Assembly: GCA_963782525.1 (NCBI GenBank)
Contig: CAWAKC010000007.1
Coordinates: forward strand, 32,001 to 96,000
Reading direction: 5' to 3'
Length of the DNA: 64,000 nucleotides
Source of the DNA: Candidatus Bathyarchaeota archaeon
GTDB lineage: Archaea > Thermoproteota > Bathyarchaeia > Bathyarchaeales > Bathycorpusculaceae
The translations under genes were made by a program, and so were the position numbers. Every line of letters begins with the position of its first letter. Within the stretch, counting starts at the first letter, position 1. The notes beneath the pieces were generated by a model. That model was not told where the DNA came from. It searched no databases and worked only from the letters and a program-made list of their open reading frames with translations. Below, piece after piece: positions 46,926 to 57,563 of the stretch.

Positions 46926-49652
46926 ATGGCGCGAACCAATTCGTTAGATGCTTACTTCGGCAGTGTACCAGCTAAATCAGCCCTTAAAGTGGAGGTTAAA
47001 GCGCAAGCTCCAGCTAAACCAAGCGAAGTTAAGGAACCTGTGATGGTTAAGCCCAGGAAGCGGGGTCAGCGCCAACCTTATCCTCCAGTTTGCCCCGAAA
47101 ACCTGGCTCCATCTTACTTTGTCTCAGCATCTTATGATGGACGCCAAAAGAAGGCGATAATCAAACTCTACGAGCCGGAATCGGGACAAATTTATTTTTG
47201 GTACGACAACACGGGTCACAAACCCTATTGTTTAACCAACCTCACACCTTATGAACTAAACAAAATCGAAAGCTTAACCCATCATGAAGGCTTTGACAGC
47301 CTTGAAGTCACCGAAAGATACGACCCCCTGCAAAACCAGCATATCAAAGTTACAAAGATAATCGCTAAAGATCCCCTGGCAATCGGCGGGCGACCGCAAG
47401 GAACCATCCGAGACCTCGTGCCAGAAAATTACCCCAGAGTCTGCGAAACCCACATCGAACCATCAGACATCAAAATTTGGGAATCCAAAATCAAATACTA
47501 CCAATCCTACATCTACGATAAGCAACTGCAGCCAGGCATGATTTACGAGGTAAAAGACGGCAACCTGGTGCCGAAAGTACTAGAGGTTGCAACTGAAAAC
47601 CTTAACAAAATCAGAAGCCTGTTTAAAGAATGCAGCGAGGAGGAACGCGAGTATGCGGAGATGTGGGCTAAACTGCTTGAGTATCCCGCGCCCAAGTTTC
47701 GCCGGGCAGCCATAGACATCGAAGTTCTGTCGCCTCTATCTACGAGAATGCCCGATGCGCGTGAAGGCGCCTGCCCTGTGATTGCCTGCTCAGTGTACAG
47801 TTCCGACGGCGAAAAAAGGGTGCTTGTCCTCAGACGCGAAGGATTATGTGAGGGTAACGTGCATTTAGCCCCAGACATCGAGGTCGAGTACTGCGAAACC
47901 GAAGAAGACCTCCTGCGCAAAGTGTTCGATGTACTGTGCGATTACCCCTTCATCTTAACTTTTAACGGCGACGACTTTGACCTCCGATACCTAGCTCACA
48001 GAGCTGCAAACCTGGGCTTCAGCAAACGTGATATTCCAATAGAAATTGGCAAACGCACCTGCAGCCTCAAGTACGGCATCCACATCGACCTCTACAAGTT
48101 CTTCTTCAACCGCAGCATCCAAATCTACGCTTACGGTGGACGTTACAAAGATGTAAGCCTCGGAGACGTAGGCAACGCACTTTTAGGTGTAGAAAAAATC
48201 CATTTAGAAAAAACATTCGGCGACCTCAACTACAGTGAACTCGCAGCCTACTGTTTGCGCGACTCGGAAATCACGTATAAACTGACGAGTTTTGAAGACG
48301 ACAGCGCCATGAAACTCATCCTGGTGCTCTCCAGAATCAGCAGTATGCCCATGGAGGACGTGAGCCGCCAAGGAGTCAGCCGCTGGATACGCAACTTTAT
48401 GCACCGTGAACACCGCAAACGCGGCATGCTCATTCCCAACGGCGAAGACATCTTGACCAAGAAGGGCAAGACCACCTCCACCGCCGTGATTAAGGGCAAA
48501 AAGTATAAGGGCGCAATAGTCGTGGAACCCACGCCCGGCGTTCATTTTAACGTGGCTGTTATGGACTTTCCCAGCCTGTACCCGTCAATCATCAAAGTCT
48601 GGAATCTAGGTTATCAGTCCATCTGCTGCGAACACCCCGGCTGCAGAAGCCATATGATACCTGACACTCCACATTGGGTCTGCACCGAGAAACGCGCATT
48701 AGAAAGTCTGCTGATCGGTTCGCTACGGGATCTGCGGGTGCGCTGGTACAAGAGCCGCGCCAAAGACAAGTCGCTACCGCCTGAACTGCGCAGCTGGTAC
48801 AACATCACCCAGGGAGCGCTAAAAGTCATTTTGAACGCGAGCTACGGCGTTTTCGGCGCAGACAGCTTCGATCTCTATTGCCCACCAGTCGCAGAAGCCA
48901 CAGCAGCCATCGGCAGATACAGCATCACCCAAATCCTCAACCATGCCAAAACCGTGGGCATCCAGGTACTCTACGGCGACACCGACAGCTTATTCCTAAA
49001 AAACCCCACAAAAGAACAAATCGAAGACGTCGTCCACTACACCGAACATGAACTAGGCATGGGCATTGACGTCGACAAAACATACCGCTATGCAGTTTTT
49101 AGTTCCCGAAAGAAAAACTACCTTGGCGTCCTCGAAGACGGCACAGTTGACGTAAAAGGGTTAACGGGCAAGAAAAAACACATACCGAACTTCATCAAAG
49201 GCGCCTTCAACATGATGAAAGACAGGCTGGCAAAAGTTAAGAACCCCGAAGATTTCGAGAAAGCCAGAAAAGACATCGCCAACATAGTGCGCGAACGCTA
49301 CAACATCCTTAAACGGCGCGAATGGGGCGACATGAGCGAACTCGCCTTTCATGTAGTTTTAGGCGATGAAGTTGCAAGCTACACTAAAACGACGCCTCAG
49401 CACGTGAAAGCCGCTAAAATTCTGCAGGCAAGCGGCAAGGAACTGCGTGCGGGCGACCTGATAAGCTTCGTTAAAGTCAACAGCAACAAAGACCACGTGA
49501 AACCCGTCGAGTTGGCTTCGAGAAACGAAGTGGACGTTGACAAGTACATCGCGTATTTGCAGTCTACTTTCGATCAGGTTTTGGATGCGTTGGGCTTGAA
49601 TTTTGAGGAGATTATCGGGTTGACTAGGCTTGAAAGTTTCCTTGGAGCTTAA
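46926..49652 (+). CDS. polB1: Family B DNA polymerase (PolB1 type)
   Basis: Exonuclease motifs DIE, FNGDDFD, YCLRD; polymerase motifs DFPSLYPS, KVILNASYG, YGDTDS, KKNY; PolB1-type N-terminus WYDNTGHKPY. Confidence 0.95.
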   Translation: MARTNSLDAYFGSVPAKSALKVEVKAQAPAKPSEVKEPVMVKPRKRGQRQPYPPVCPENLAPSYFVSASYDGRQKKAIIKLYEPESGQIYFWYDNTGHKPYCLTNLTPYELNKIESLTHHEGFDSLEVTERYDPLQNQHIKVTKIIAKDPLAIGGRPQGTIRDLVPENYPRVCETHIEPSDIKIWESKIKYYQSYIYDKQLQPGMIYEVKDGNLVPKVLEVATENLNKIRSLFKECSEEEREYAEMWAKLLEYPAPKFRRAAIDIEVLSPLSTRMPDAREGACPVIACSVYSSDGEKRVLVLRREGLCEGNVHLAPDIEVEYCETEEDLLRKVFDVLCDYPFILTFNGDDFDLRYLAHRAANLGFSKRDIPIEIGKRTCSLKYGIHIDLYKFFFNRSIQIYAYGGRYKDVSLGDVGNALLGVEKIHLEKTFGDLNYSELAAYCLRDSEITYKLTSFEDDSAMKLILVLSRISSMPMEDVSRQGVSRWIRNFMHREHRKRGMLIPNGEDILTKKGKTTSTAVIKGKKYKGAIVVEPTPGVHFNVAVMDFPSLYPSIIKVWNLGYQSICCEHPGCRSHMIPDTPHWVCTEKRALESLLIGSLRDLRVRWYKSRAKDKSLPPELRSWYNITQGALKVILNASYGVFGADSFDLYCPPVAEATAAIGRYSITQILNHAKTVGIQVLYGDTDSLFLKNPTKEQIEDVVHYTEHELGMGIDVDKTYRYAVFSSRKKNYLGVLEDGTVDVKGLTGKKKHIPNFIKGAFNMMKDRLAKVKNPEDFEKARKDIANIVRERYNILKRREWGDMSELAFHVVLGDEVASYTKTTPQHVKAAKILQASGKELRAGDLISFVKVNSNKDHVKPVELASRNEVDVDKYIAYLQSTFDQVLDALGLNFEEIIGLTRLESFLGA

Positions 49653-49656
49653 CGGT

Positions 49657-50550
49657 TTATAGAAGCTGGATTATTGCTCCCAACAGCGTGAAGAGCGCAA
49701 CTATGGCTACGATTATTTGTACTATTCGTCTTTCGGTTAAGGGGCGATGGAAACATATTATTGTTACAAGGCTTTTTCTTGCGTCAGAGCTGAGTTTTTC
49801 TCCGTCGAATTTGACTCCTGCACGTTTGTGCGTGAAGAATACAGCGAGCAAAATGATTGCTGAGTTAAAGATGTAGGGCAAGAGGGATATTAACAAGGAA
49901 ACTTTCAGGTCAGAGATCACTGCAAACGAGGCTATTGTTAGGCCGATGGCAAATGACCCTACGTTACCTACAAAAATTTTGCCTCGCACATTGAAGTATG
50001 CTAAAATTAGCCAGAAGAATAAGGGTCCAACCATGAGTGTGTAAGAGGGTGAAAACGCCATCAAGCCCAAGATGACTATGGCTGGGCACACGCTTTCTAA
50101 ACCATTTAAGCCTCCAAGCTGGTTAACCGTGTTTGTGACAATCATGACGATAAGCGGGACAATCAGCAAAACGTAATAAGCACCAAAATGCAAAGTTCCC
50201 AGAAATGGTAAAGATATTGAAGTTCTTATAGCTCCAATTTGTAGACCCTCAAACGTATAATACATCAGCGGTAGGGCTGCGATCAGGGGCATGAACGCTT
50301 TATAGCGCCACTTCAGATCCATAAAATCGTCAAGGAGTCCCATAAAGCCTCCGAACAGTATGCACACTGCAAATGTCAAAGCGGCTGAGGCGCCGTTCAC
50401 TGAGTTGTCTAAACCTAAAGTGAAAACTCTATTCAAAAAGTAAATCGAGAAAAGATAAACTGTGGTGGTTAGGACGAAAAAAACGCCTAACCCATTTGGG
50501 ATTAAGGGTCGACCAACTTTGTGCTGATCGGGAACCTTAGGGAAAGGCAA
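49657..50550 (-). CDS. aglH: UDP-GlcNAc:dolichyl-phosphate GlcNAc-1-P transferase (AglH/DPAGT1/MraY-like)
   Basis: DQHK...IP, GLLDD, NTVNQLGGLNGLE, IFVGNVGS; directly downstream of aglB. Confidence 0.82.
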   Translation of the reverse strand: MPFPKVPDQHKVGRPLIPNGLGVFFVLTTTVYLFSIYFLNRVFTLGLDNSVNGASAALTFAVCILFGGFMGLLDDFMDLKWRYKAFMPLIAALPLMYYTFEGLQIGAIRTSISLPFLGTLHFGAYYVLLIVPLIVMIVTNTVNQLGGLNGLESVCPAIVILGLMAFSPSYTLMVGPLFFWLILAYFNVRGKIFVGNVGSFAIGLTIASFAVISDLKVSLLISLLPYIFNSAIILLAVFFTHKRAGVKFDGEKLSSDARKSLVTIICFHRPLTERRIVQIIVAIVALFTLLGAIIQLL

Positions 50551-50574
50551 AGTTGTTTCCTGCTATTCTGTTTA

Positions 50575-52866
50575 TTAGGGCGGTGTGATGCCGTTTGCCG
50601 CGTCGTATGCTGCCCAGTCGATGCTGTAGATTGCAACTATTGGAACTAAGCCGCCGTATTGTGTTGGTGATATGTTTAGTCCAGCGAAGAATGCTTCTTT
50701 GAAGTAGGTTGGCTGCGTGGTTGTCATGTCGGGTGTTACGGTGATTTGGTTGTTTGTCGCTTGAGTTATGGTGTTGCAGTATTGTACTTCTGCGTAGTTG
50801 AGCAGTTCTTCTACGGTGCAGTTCAAGCCCTGGTCATTCCATTCCCATCTGTTGGTCTGTTGATTGACTGCGCCAAATGTTGTTTCGTTGGTCCAAGCCG
50901 TTGCGGGGTCCATAAAGCCTTGGTCGATGAGTCTTTGTTTGTCTGTTCCTGAAATTCTTGCCATCCATGTCCATTTGCCTTCATCACCGTATCCGGCTGG
51001 GTATGCTACATAGCTTGAAGAGCCACTGCTAGCTTGAGAAATGCCTAAGACCTCGAAGACTGCAATGTACTTAACGCGGTCTTGGCCATAGCTGTTAAGC
51101 ATCTTCATTGATTCGTTCTCATTACCCATGAATATGAAACCATCATTAGCTATCTGAGTGCTGTTTGTAGTAGTGTTATCTGCCAAGCTAGTTACGTTTC
51201 CAAGATCAGACAGCCAGTTACCATAGTCCCACCACATAACGATAACTTGGTTTGAGGGAACGGTTCCGTGCATCCAATCTATTGCGTCAAGCCATGCTCT
51301 TACTGGTTGTGTGAGACCTGCGCCCCCAACTGGAAGGCTTGAGCCGCTGATAGCTGTTGGTGTGTAAGCTTGCGATATTGATCGGGGCTCGCCTCCTGTT
51401 TGGGGTGAGAAAGCGAGACTTGTCACCAGAAGCAGGAATATGATGAGTACGGCGACACCGCTGTATTCTTTGCTTACGCGTGGCATCCGCCGTTTTGATT
51501 TTATCAAAGTTTTCGGTGCTTCCTTCAGTAATGTGACGAACGGTTTTAGCATGGTAACGATTCCTATGCCCGCTATGATGCCGAAAGCTGGGGCAAAGAG
51601 AACTAATAGACGAATCATTGAGGCTGCGAAGTAGAGTGAGGTTACCGCGAAGAGAAGTAGGAAGATGTTGCGGTTAGTCGGGTTCTTAAGGGTGAAGTAT
51701 AAGCCTATTAGGAAAAATAACACGGTGATGCCGACTTCAAGGTAGAGATTTCCCCATGCAGCGATTCTTTGTTCTGCTACTGAATCAATTAGGGGTGAAC
51801 CAGCCCTTATGAAGGGGTCTAAGACGGTGACGAATTTACCTGTGATTCCGCCGATCAGTCCAGTTGCAGCTAAACCGACTATGCCTGCAATTATAGCTAC
51901 CATAGTTGCTATGGCTAACGTAAGTTTATTTTTCATTGATATGTTGTTTCGCAGAACCTCTGCAACAATGAGTATGATAAACACTGCTGCAACAGGGAGA
52001 ATGGCTCCCGAGGTAACATAAGCCGTTGTGATGTAAGGAACTCTGGTTCCGATAAATAAGGCTAAACCGAAGGTTATGCTGTAGTTAACAAGCATTCTTG
52101 GGGTGTACCGCTTTAGCAAGACCAAAACAAAGACGAATAGGACTGCTAAATCAATCAAGTAGTAAGCTGCGCCCCAACCTGCAATAAAATATGCCAATGA
52201 AGCAGCCGCACCTAACGAATATAGTAATGACGCACGCATGGACCTGTTGCTGTCAAGGGACCGCAAGAACAGGAAAATAAACAGTACTAGCCCAAGGACA
52301 CCAGGCACTTCGGTATCAAAAAATCCCAATGAGCTTCTTTGTAAAAATGATGGTGCCATAGCAAGGAATAAGGCAGCGAATAGACCAACTGCTTTTCCAC
52401 CCATATCTTTGCCGATAAGGTAGAGAATTGTGCAAGAGACGACAGCCACTAAAGCCGGAAATATTGCGCAGAAGGTCATTAAATCAATTTTTGCGCCAAA
52501 CAAAGATATAACTTGGAATACTGCAGCGGCTGACATGGGCAGAGCGGGCAACGCTGTGGACATATCTAATCCGTCTGGATACCATTTCTGAGTGTTTATC
52601 CAGTGAGTTGGCCAATAGGGTGAAAGTAAGCCGTTTTGAACCATATGCTGAGTAATGCTGAATTGATAATAGGGATCAAACTCGTTGAGAAGAGATGTGC
52701 CTCCAGAGAGGTTTTCCCAACGTAACGGTAGAATACGCACTGTGAATGCAACAAAGAGAATCGTGATTAATGCTGCAAACGCAATGATTGAACCGTGGCT
52801 AACTTGAAGTCTTAATCTGCTGAAAACGGATAAGCTACCTAGTCGTTCCTTAATTCCTTCGCCCAC
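50575..52866 (-). CDS. aglB: Oligosaccharyltransferase AglB/STT3
   Basis: EFDPY, RSSLGFFDTE, SVAEQ, WWDYG, DNTT. Confidence 0.95.
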   Translation of the reverse strand: MGEGIKERLGSLSVFSRLRLQVSHGSIIAFAALITILFVAFTVRILPLRWENLSGGTSLLNEFDPYYQFSITQHMVQNGLLSPYWPTHWINTQKWYPDGLDMSTALPALPMSAAAVFQVISLFGAKIDLMTFCAIFPALVAVVSCTILYLIGKDMGGKAVGLFAALFLAMAPSFLQRSSLGFFDTEVPGVLGLVLFIFLFLRSLDSNRSMRASLLYSLGAAASLAYFIAGWGAAYYLIDLAVLFVFVLVLLKRYTPRMLVNYSITFGLALFIGTRVPYITTAYVTSGAILPVAAVFIILIVAEVLRNNISMKNKLTLAIATMVAIIAGIVGLAATGLIGGITGKFVTVLDPFIRAGSPLIDSVAEQRIAAWGNLYLEVGITVLFFLIGLYFTLKNPTNRNIFLLLFAVTSLYFAASMIRLLVLFAPAFGIIAGIGIVTMLKPFVTLLKEAPKTLIKSKRRMPRVSKEYSGVAVLIIFLLLVTSLAFSPQTGGEPRSISQAYTPTAISGSSLPVGGAGLTQPVRAWLDAIDWMHGTVPSNQVIVMWWDYGNWLSDLGNVTSLADNTTTNSTQIANDGFIFMGNENESMKMLNSYGQDRVKYIAVFEVLGISQASSGSSSYVAYPAGYGDEGKWTWMARISGTDKQRLIDQGFMDPATAWTNETTFGAVNQQTNRWEWNDQGLNCTVEELLNYAEVQYCNTITQATNNQITVTPDMTTTQPTYFKEAFFAGLNISPTQYGGLVPIVAIYSIDWAAYDAANGITPP

Positions 52867-53199
52867 TTTAAGCCATCTCTTCCAAATGTATATTGCGATT
52901 GTACTATTTTACACATTGGCGATTTATTTATGGCTTTCCAAAACCCCCAAACAATGAGCCACGATACCCGACGCATTCGTGTCAGGCTTTTTAATTAGTT
53001 TACTAAACCATAACAGCCCATTACAACCAAAAATTAAATCGCTTTTCCTTAAAAAAGGCACATAACCGATTAAAGCCAGCTTATAAAAGGACAATTAGTT
53101 TTCAAATTATTCAATTCTGCAAACTGCCTTGACAAAAGCAACGTGCAACAAATTAGTTTACTATGCGGAGGCAGGTTTGCAGATTTTTGCGGTTTTCTT

Positions 53200-53370
53200 T
53201 CAACGCTTGTTCACGGGTTTAACTTCAACATCCTGAGGCAAAAGTGATAGTTTTCGGTCGCATTTTGGACATTTTCCCCCGTGAAGGGCAATAACCTCAT
53301 CTGGCGGTTTAAGGTCTTTGCCTTCATATAAAACGTGTTTGCATCCATGGCAAATTACGCGTTGTGGCAT
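53200..53370 (-). CDS. Small zinc-ribbon protein (56 aa)
   Basis: MPQRVICHGCKHVLYEG...GGKCPKCDRKL; two CxxC pairs; missed by the ORF track. Confidence 0.75.
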   Translation of the reverse strand: MPQRVICHGCKHVLYEGKDLKPPDEVIALHGGKCPKCDRKLSLLPQDVEVKPVNKR

Positions 53371-53508
53371 CCGAATCCCCCATAATTACACGGATGGGAG
53401 ATATTTATTGGTTGCTAAAAATTTTAGATCTTTGTTAACTGTGTATTTGCTGTAAAGCTTATAATTGGAAACACATTTTGAATGTTAATGTGTGTGGTTC
53501 ATAAGTGT

Positions 53509-55581
53509 TTGAATAAATATACTTTGGTCATCACGGAAAAACCTGATGCAGCAAGCAGGATAGCCACGGCGTTGGATGTTGAGGGAAAACCGAAAAAAAC
53601 CGTAAGCAACGGTGTGCCGCACTATCTTGCATATAGAGATGGTAATATAATTGTGGTTCCAGCGCTGGGACACTTATACACAATTACAGGCAAAGAAAAA
53701 GGGCGAACCTACCCCGTCTTCGATTATCAATGGGTTCCAAAGTATCTGGCTGAGCGTGGCGCTTCCAGAATTCGGGTTTGGCTAAAAGTCATCGCTCAAC
53801 TCGCGAAAGACGCCGAGGAGTTTGTGGATGCCTGCGACTTTGACATCGAAGGCAGCATCATAGGATACACCATCCTAAAGTACGCTTGCAACGGCAAAGA
53901 AAAAGCGGCTAAACGGATGAAGTATTCAACCCTGACTAAAGAAGAACTTCAAGAATCATACTCCACCCTACTTCCAAACTTGGATTTTGAGCTCATAGAG
54001 GCAGGATTAACCCGACATGAAGTAGACTGGTTATACGGCATAAACCTCTCACGTGCCCTAACTCAAGCCGCCAAAAACTGCAGCGGACAATACGCAACCC
54101 TCAGTACAGGCAGAGTTCAGGGACCAACGTTAAAGTTTCTTGAAATGCGGGAAAAAACCATAAACTGCTTCGTTCCCACCCCCTACTGGACATTATCAGC
54201 AAAAATAGCGATTGACGACAAGATCTTTGAAGTTGAATACGAAAAAACCCTTGAAAACAAAACAGCGGCAACAGCGCTAAAAGATGCGTGTAAAACAAGG
54301 GAAGGCAAAATAGAGGCCGTTGAAGTAAAAGAGTTCAGCCAGCTGCCTCCGACGCCGTTTGATTTGGGTTCTTTGCAGAGTGAAGCTTACCGTATCTTCA
54401 AGTACACACCTATGCGAACCTCAAGCGTTGCACAACAACTGTACATGGAAGCGTTGATTTCTTATCCTCGGACAAGCAGCCAAAAACTACCACCATCAAT
54501 TGGCTACAAGAACATACTTAAAAAACTCCAAAAAGCCCCAGCCTACAACAAACATACAGCTGACTTACTGTCCAAAGCCTCGTTGAAACCAAACGAAGGC
54601 AAAAAGTATGACCCAGCGCACCCAGCCATTTACCCAACGGGGAACCTACCAGAAAAACCCTTTGACGCCGCTGAAAGAAACATCTTTGACTTGGTGGTTA
54701 AACGGTTTTTAGCTGTTTTCGGTGAACCCTCCGTCCAGCAAAGCATCAACGTAAAAATCAACATAAACGGATACTTTTTCCTTCTCGATGCAACGCGGAC
54801 ATTGATTGAAGGATGGATGCGGTTCTACAAGCCCTATATCCAGTCAAAAGAGGCATCTTTGCCAGCTTTAGTTGAGGGACAAAAAGTCAGTGTTAAACAA
54901 GTAAAACTAAAAGATAATTTCACAAAGCCACCGACACCATACAACCCCCGCAGTTTACTGTTAAAGATGGAGAAAGAAGAAATCGGAACCAAAGCGACAC
55001 GAGCCGCAATCATCCAAACACTTTACGACCGCAAATACTTAAGCGGCACAACCAACCTATCAATTAGCGACCTCGGCTTTGATGTCATTGAAGTCCTCCA
55101 AAATTTTTGCCCCACCGTGGTCTCTTCAGAAATGACAAGAACTCTGGAAAAGAGAATGGAGGCAATCCAACAGGGCAAAGAAAATAAACAAAAAGTCCTG
55201 CAAGACACCACCGAAACTCTAAAACTTGTAATATCCGAACTCAAAGAAAAAGAAGCCGAAATAGGCGCACGGTTAAGCAAAACACTCCAGCAAGGACGAC
55301 TTGACGAACGAACCGTTGGGGCATGCACCAAATGCTCCGATGGGAAACTGGTGATTTTGCGTTCGAAAAAATCTGGCAAACGCTTTGTGGGCTGCACAAA
55401 CTATTTTGAAGGCAAATGTACCACCACGTTTCCGTTGCCGCAAACTGGAACCGTTAAGCCACTGGGAACTGTTTGCAAAAGTTGCGGTTCACCCATCGTA
55501 GCGGTATATCAGCGGGGAAGATATCCTTGGAGACTTTGCCTCAACATCAATTGCCCAACAAAAGGAGAAAGTAAACCTTGA
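53509..55581 (+). CDS. topA: Type IA DNA topoisomerase with C-terminal zinc ribbons
   Basis: ITEKP, GHL, DFDIEG, STGRVQGP, ISYPRT, AHPAI, GTKATR; start probably TTG 53509. Confidence 0.95.
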   Translation: MNKYTLVITEKPDAASRIATALDVEGKPKKTVSNGVPHYLAYRDGNIIVVPALGHLYTITGKEKGRTYPVFDYQWVPKYLAERGASRIRVWLKVIAQLAKDAEEFVDACDFDIEGSIIGYTILKYACNGKEKAAKRMKYSTLTKEELQESYSTLLPNLDFELIEAGLTRHEVDWLYGINLSRALTQAAKNCSGQYATLSTGRVQGPTLKFLEMREKTINCFVPTPYWTLSAKIAIDDKIFEVEYEKTLENKTAATALKDACKTREGKIEAVEVKEFSQLPPTPFDLGSLQSEAYRIFKYTPMRTSSVAQQLYMEALISYPRTSSQKLPPSIGYKNILKKLQKAPAYNKHTADLLSKASLKPNEGKKYDPAHPAIYPTGNLPEKPFDAAERNIFDLVVKRFLAVFGEPSVQQSINVKININGYFFLLDATRTLIEGWMRFYKPYIQSKEASLPALVEGQKVSVKQVKLKDNFTKPPTPYNPRSLLLKMEKEEIGTKATRAAIIQTLYDRKYLSGTTNLSISDLGFDVIEVLQNFCPTVVSSEMTRTLEKRMEAIQQGKENKQKVLQDTTETLKLVISELKEKEAEIGARLSKTLQQGRLDERTVGACTKCSDGKLVILRSKKSGKRFVGCTNYFEGKCTTTFPLPQTGTVKPLGTVCKSCGSPIVAVYQRGRYPWRLCLNINCPTKGESKP

Positions 55582-55796
55582 ACTGCAAACTATGCAACAG
55601 AAATGCGAGTGAAAATGATTTTTGCCCAATGCATTCGAAGGCTTACCGCAACATACTTGACAAATTCAGGGTCTGGGAATCGGCTTTGAACGTGTCTTGG
55701 AGGGAATATTTAATTGAAATTCAGAAAAATTCATTAACTGGAGTATGGGCTAAAGATGTAGCAGAATACCTAATTGAGGAAGAGAACCAAAAATGA
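55578..55796 (+). CDS. Small hypothetical protein with CxxC...CxxH zinc site
   Basis: CKLC...FCPMH; start/stop overlaps with both neighbours. Confidence 0.7.
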   Translation: MNCKLCNRNASENDFCPMHSKAYRNILDKFRVWESALNVSWREYLIEIQKNSLTGVWAKDVAEYLIEEENQK

Positions 55797-56218
55797 CCAG
55801 CAAACTAAAGAAAAGTTCAGAATCTATGTCGTTTTCACTCAGCCGATGGTTCAGAAAATTTAGCCAGAATACACCAACAGCCGCCATCATAACAGCTGTC
55901 GGCATATTCTATGCAGTATTTCTCTTCGGCGGCGGATTGTACACACTAATTAATCATCCACAACCGTCAGCCTACGTTAACAACCAATTCTACTTCCTCT
56001 ATCCAGACATAAGTTCCCAATTCATATCTGACACTTTAATTTCGGTTACACTCTATGTGCTGGGATTCGCGGGGTTACTCGCCATTTACCAAAGCACAAA
56101 GAGTGCGTATAAACCAAGACAAGCTTACATGCTGTTGATTGTCGGCGTGGCGCTATTGCTGTTATCATACGTGTTCTTAGAAGGATCAATCTCGTTCAAA
56201 GCAAACCGCGGAGCATAA
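55793..56218 (+). CDS. OST3/OST6/OSTC (DC2)-like oligosaccharyltransferase accessory subunit
   Basis: Three TM segments; FLFGGGLY...P, FLYP...QFISD, GFAGL pattern resembles eukaryotic OSTC. Confidence 0.7.
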   Translation: MTSKLKKSSESMSFSLSRWFRKFSQNTPTAAIITAVGIFYAVFLFGGGLYTLINHPQPSAYVNNQFYFLYPDISSQFISDTLISVTLYVLGFAGLLAIYQSTKSAYKPRQAYMLLIVGVALLLLSYVFLEGSISFKANRGA

Positions 56219-56267
56219 TTTTTTTTTCTCCGCTAAAAAATTTCTTTTATTTTTTGAAGTTTAAAAT

Positions 56268-56771
56268 TTACCAAGGATTTTTCTTCAACTTCATTTTATA
56301 CGCTAAAAAGTTAGTGAACAAGTGGATAGGCGGAGTAATCAACAGTACCGTTGCGGCTACGTCCCAGCCGATCAAGGCTAAGGGAAGCGAAAACACAACA
56401 GCTCCAACTACAAAGTCAATCTGATCCACAATGGGCAACAAGCCGCCTGGTTTAATGCCTATGCGGCGTTTTATGAAGGCACCTGTCAAGTCTCCCAGAA
56501 GTGCGCCCAACGGAATAAGCAAAGCAAATAGAATGGGATAGTTTTGGAAACCGAAGGCAAAGCCCTCCATCAACCCCACCGCGAAGCCCACGCCCCAGCC
56601 GAAGAAGAACCCGCGAAAGGTCTTATTGTTCCCAAAGATACGCTTGCCATCCACGAAGTTTCTACCGAAATCCATCTTGGTGCCGCCTCCCGCCAAAACT
56701 GGGGTGGCATTAGCGCAGTAAGCGGGGAAAATAAATTTTAGGGCTTCAACGATCAGCAGTGCAACATCCAT
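56268..56771 (-). CDS. carS: CDP-archaeol synthase
   Basis: PAYCANATPV, DGKRIFGNNKTFRG, GDLTGAFIKRR, DQIDF, KKNPW. Confidence 0.92.
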   Translation of the reverse strand: MDVALLIVEALKFIFPAYCANATPVLAGGGTKMDFGRNFVDGKRIFGNNKTFRGFFFGWGVGFAVGLMEGFAFGFQNYPILFALLIPLGALLGDLTGAFIKRRIGIKPGGLLPIVDQIDFVVGAVVFSLPLALIGWDVAATVLLITPPIHLFTNFLAYKMKLKKNPW

Positions 56772-56783
56772 GTGGTTCAACCA

Positions 56784-57488
56784 TTAACTGTGAAATTGTG
56801 TATCTTGTATTCCCTTTTCACCTATTTGTACATAACACATCTTTCCCTGTTCAACCTCACGTGTTTTCTCCAAATCCACCTTGATTGTTTTGGGGTTATC
56901 GGTAGGTTTGAACGCAATTATTGTGTCCGCCCAAAACTTTAGAACACGCGTAGCCACAGGCCGAACGCTTGAGTTCTGGTCGCTTAGAACGCTTCGCACT
57001 TGACTGGTTATTATTACTGGGATTTTGCGGATTTTCACGAGTTGCGCCAAAATTGCTAGTTGCCGGTTTAACTCCCGGTTAACGCCGAACCCTCTTGTTT
57101 TGCTCGAGGTTTCGCTGACTTTTGCGCTGTAGAGCGAGGTGAACGTGTCAATTATTATCAAGCCCACATTGCCAACTGCATAATCTTGGATTTGGTCTAC
57201 GACTGCGATTTGTTCCTTAAATTCCTTGGGCTTCACAAGAATAATTCGTTCAGCAACCTCATCGAATTTGTCGCCTGAAATCTGAGCGAGCCTCTTGGCG
57301 TAGAAAGTGTTGTCGCAGTCGATATAGAGGACTTTTTGGTTGTTGGTTGCACAGTGGAAGGCACATTGCATTGCAAAGGTTGTTTTTCCCGTTTCAGGTT
57401 CGCCGTAAACCAATGTGACCGTGTCAGGCAAGATCCCTCCGCCTATGGTTGCGTCAATGCATTTGCTACCTGTGGAGATTTTATCCAT
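56784..57488 (-). CDS. radB: DNA repair protein RadB-like RecA-family ATPase
   Basis: ISTGSKCID...GGGI, GEPETGKT, IIIDT, TSQV; lacks the RadA N-domain. Confidence 0.85.
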   Translation of the reverse strand: MDKISTGSKCIDATIGGGILPDTVTLVYGEPETGKTTFAMQCAFHCATNNQKVLYIDCDNTFYAKRLAQISGDKFDEVAERIILVKPKEFKEQIAVVDQIQDYAVGNVGLIIIDTFTSLYSAKVSETSSKTRGFGVNRELNRQLAILAQLVKIRKIPVIITSQVRSVLSDQNSSVRPVATRVLKFWADTIIAFKPTDNPKTIKVDLEKTREVEQGKMCYVQIGEKGIQDTQFHS

Positions 57489-57563
57489 GCGCTACACGTC
57501 AGGATTATTAGTTTGAAGCTAGTAATGTGTTTTGCACTTAAACGTATACTTTAAGGTTGCTTT

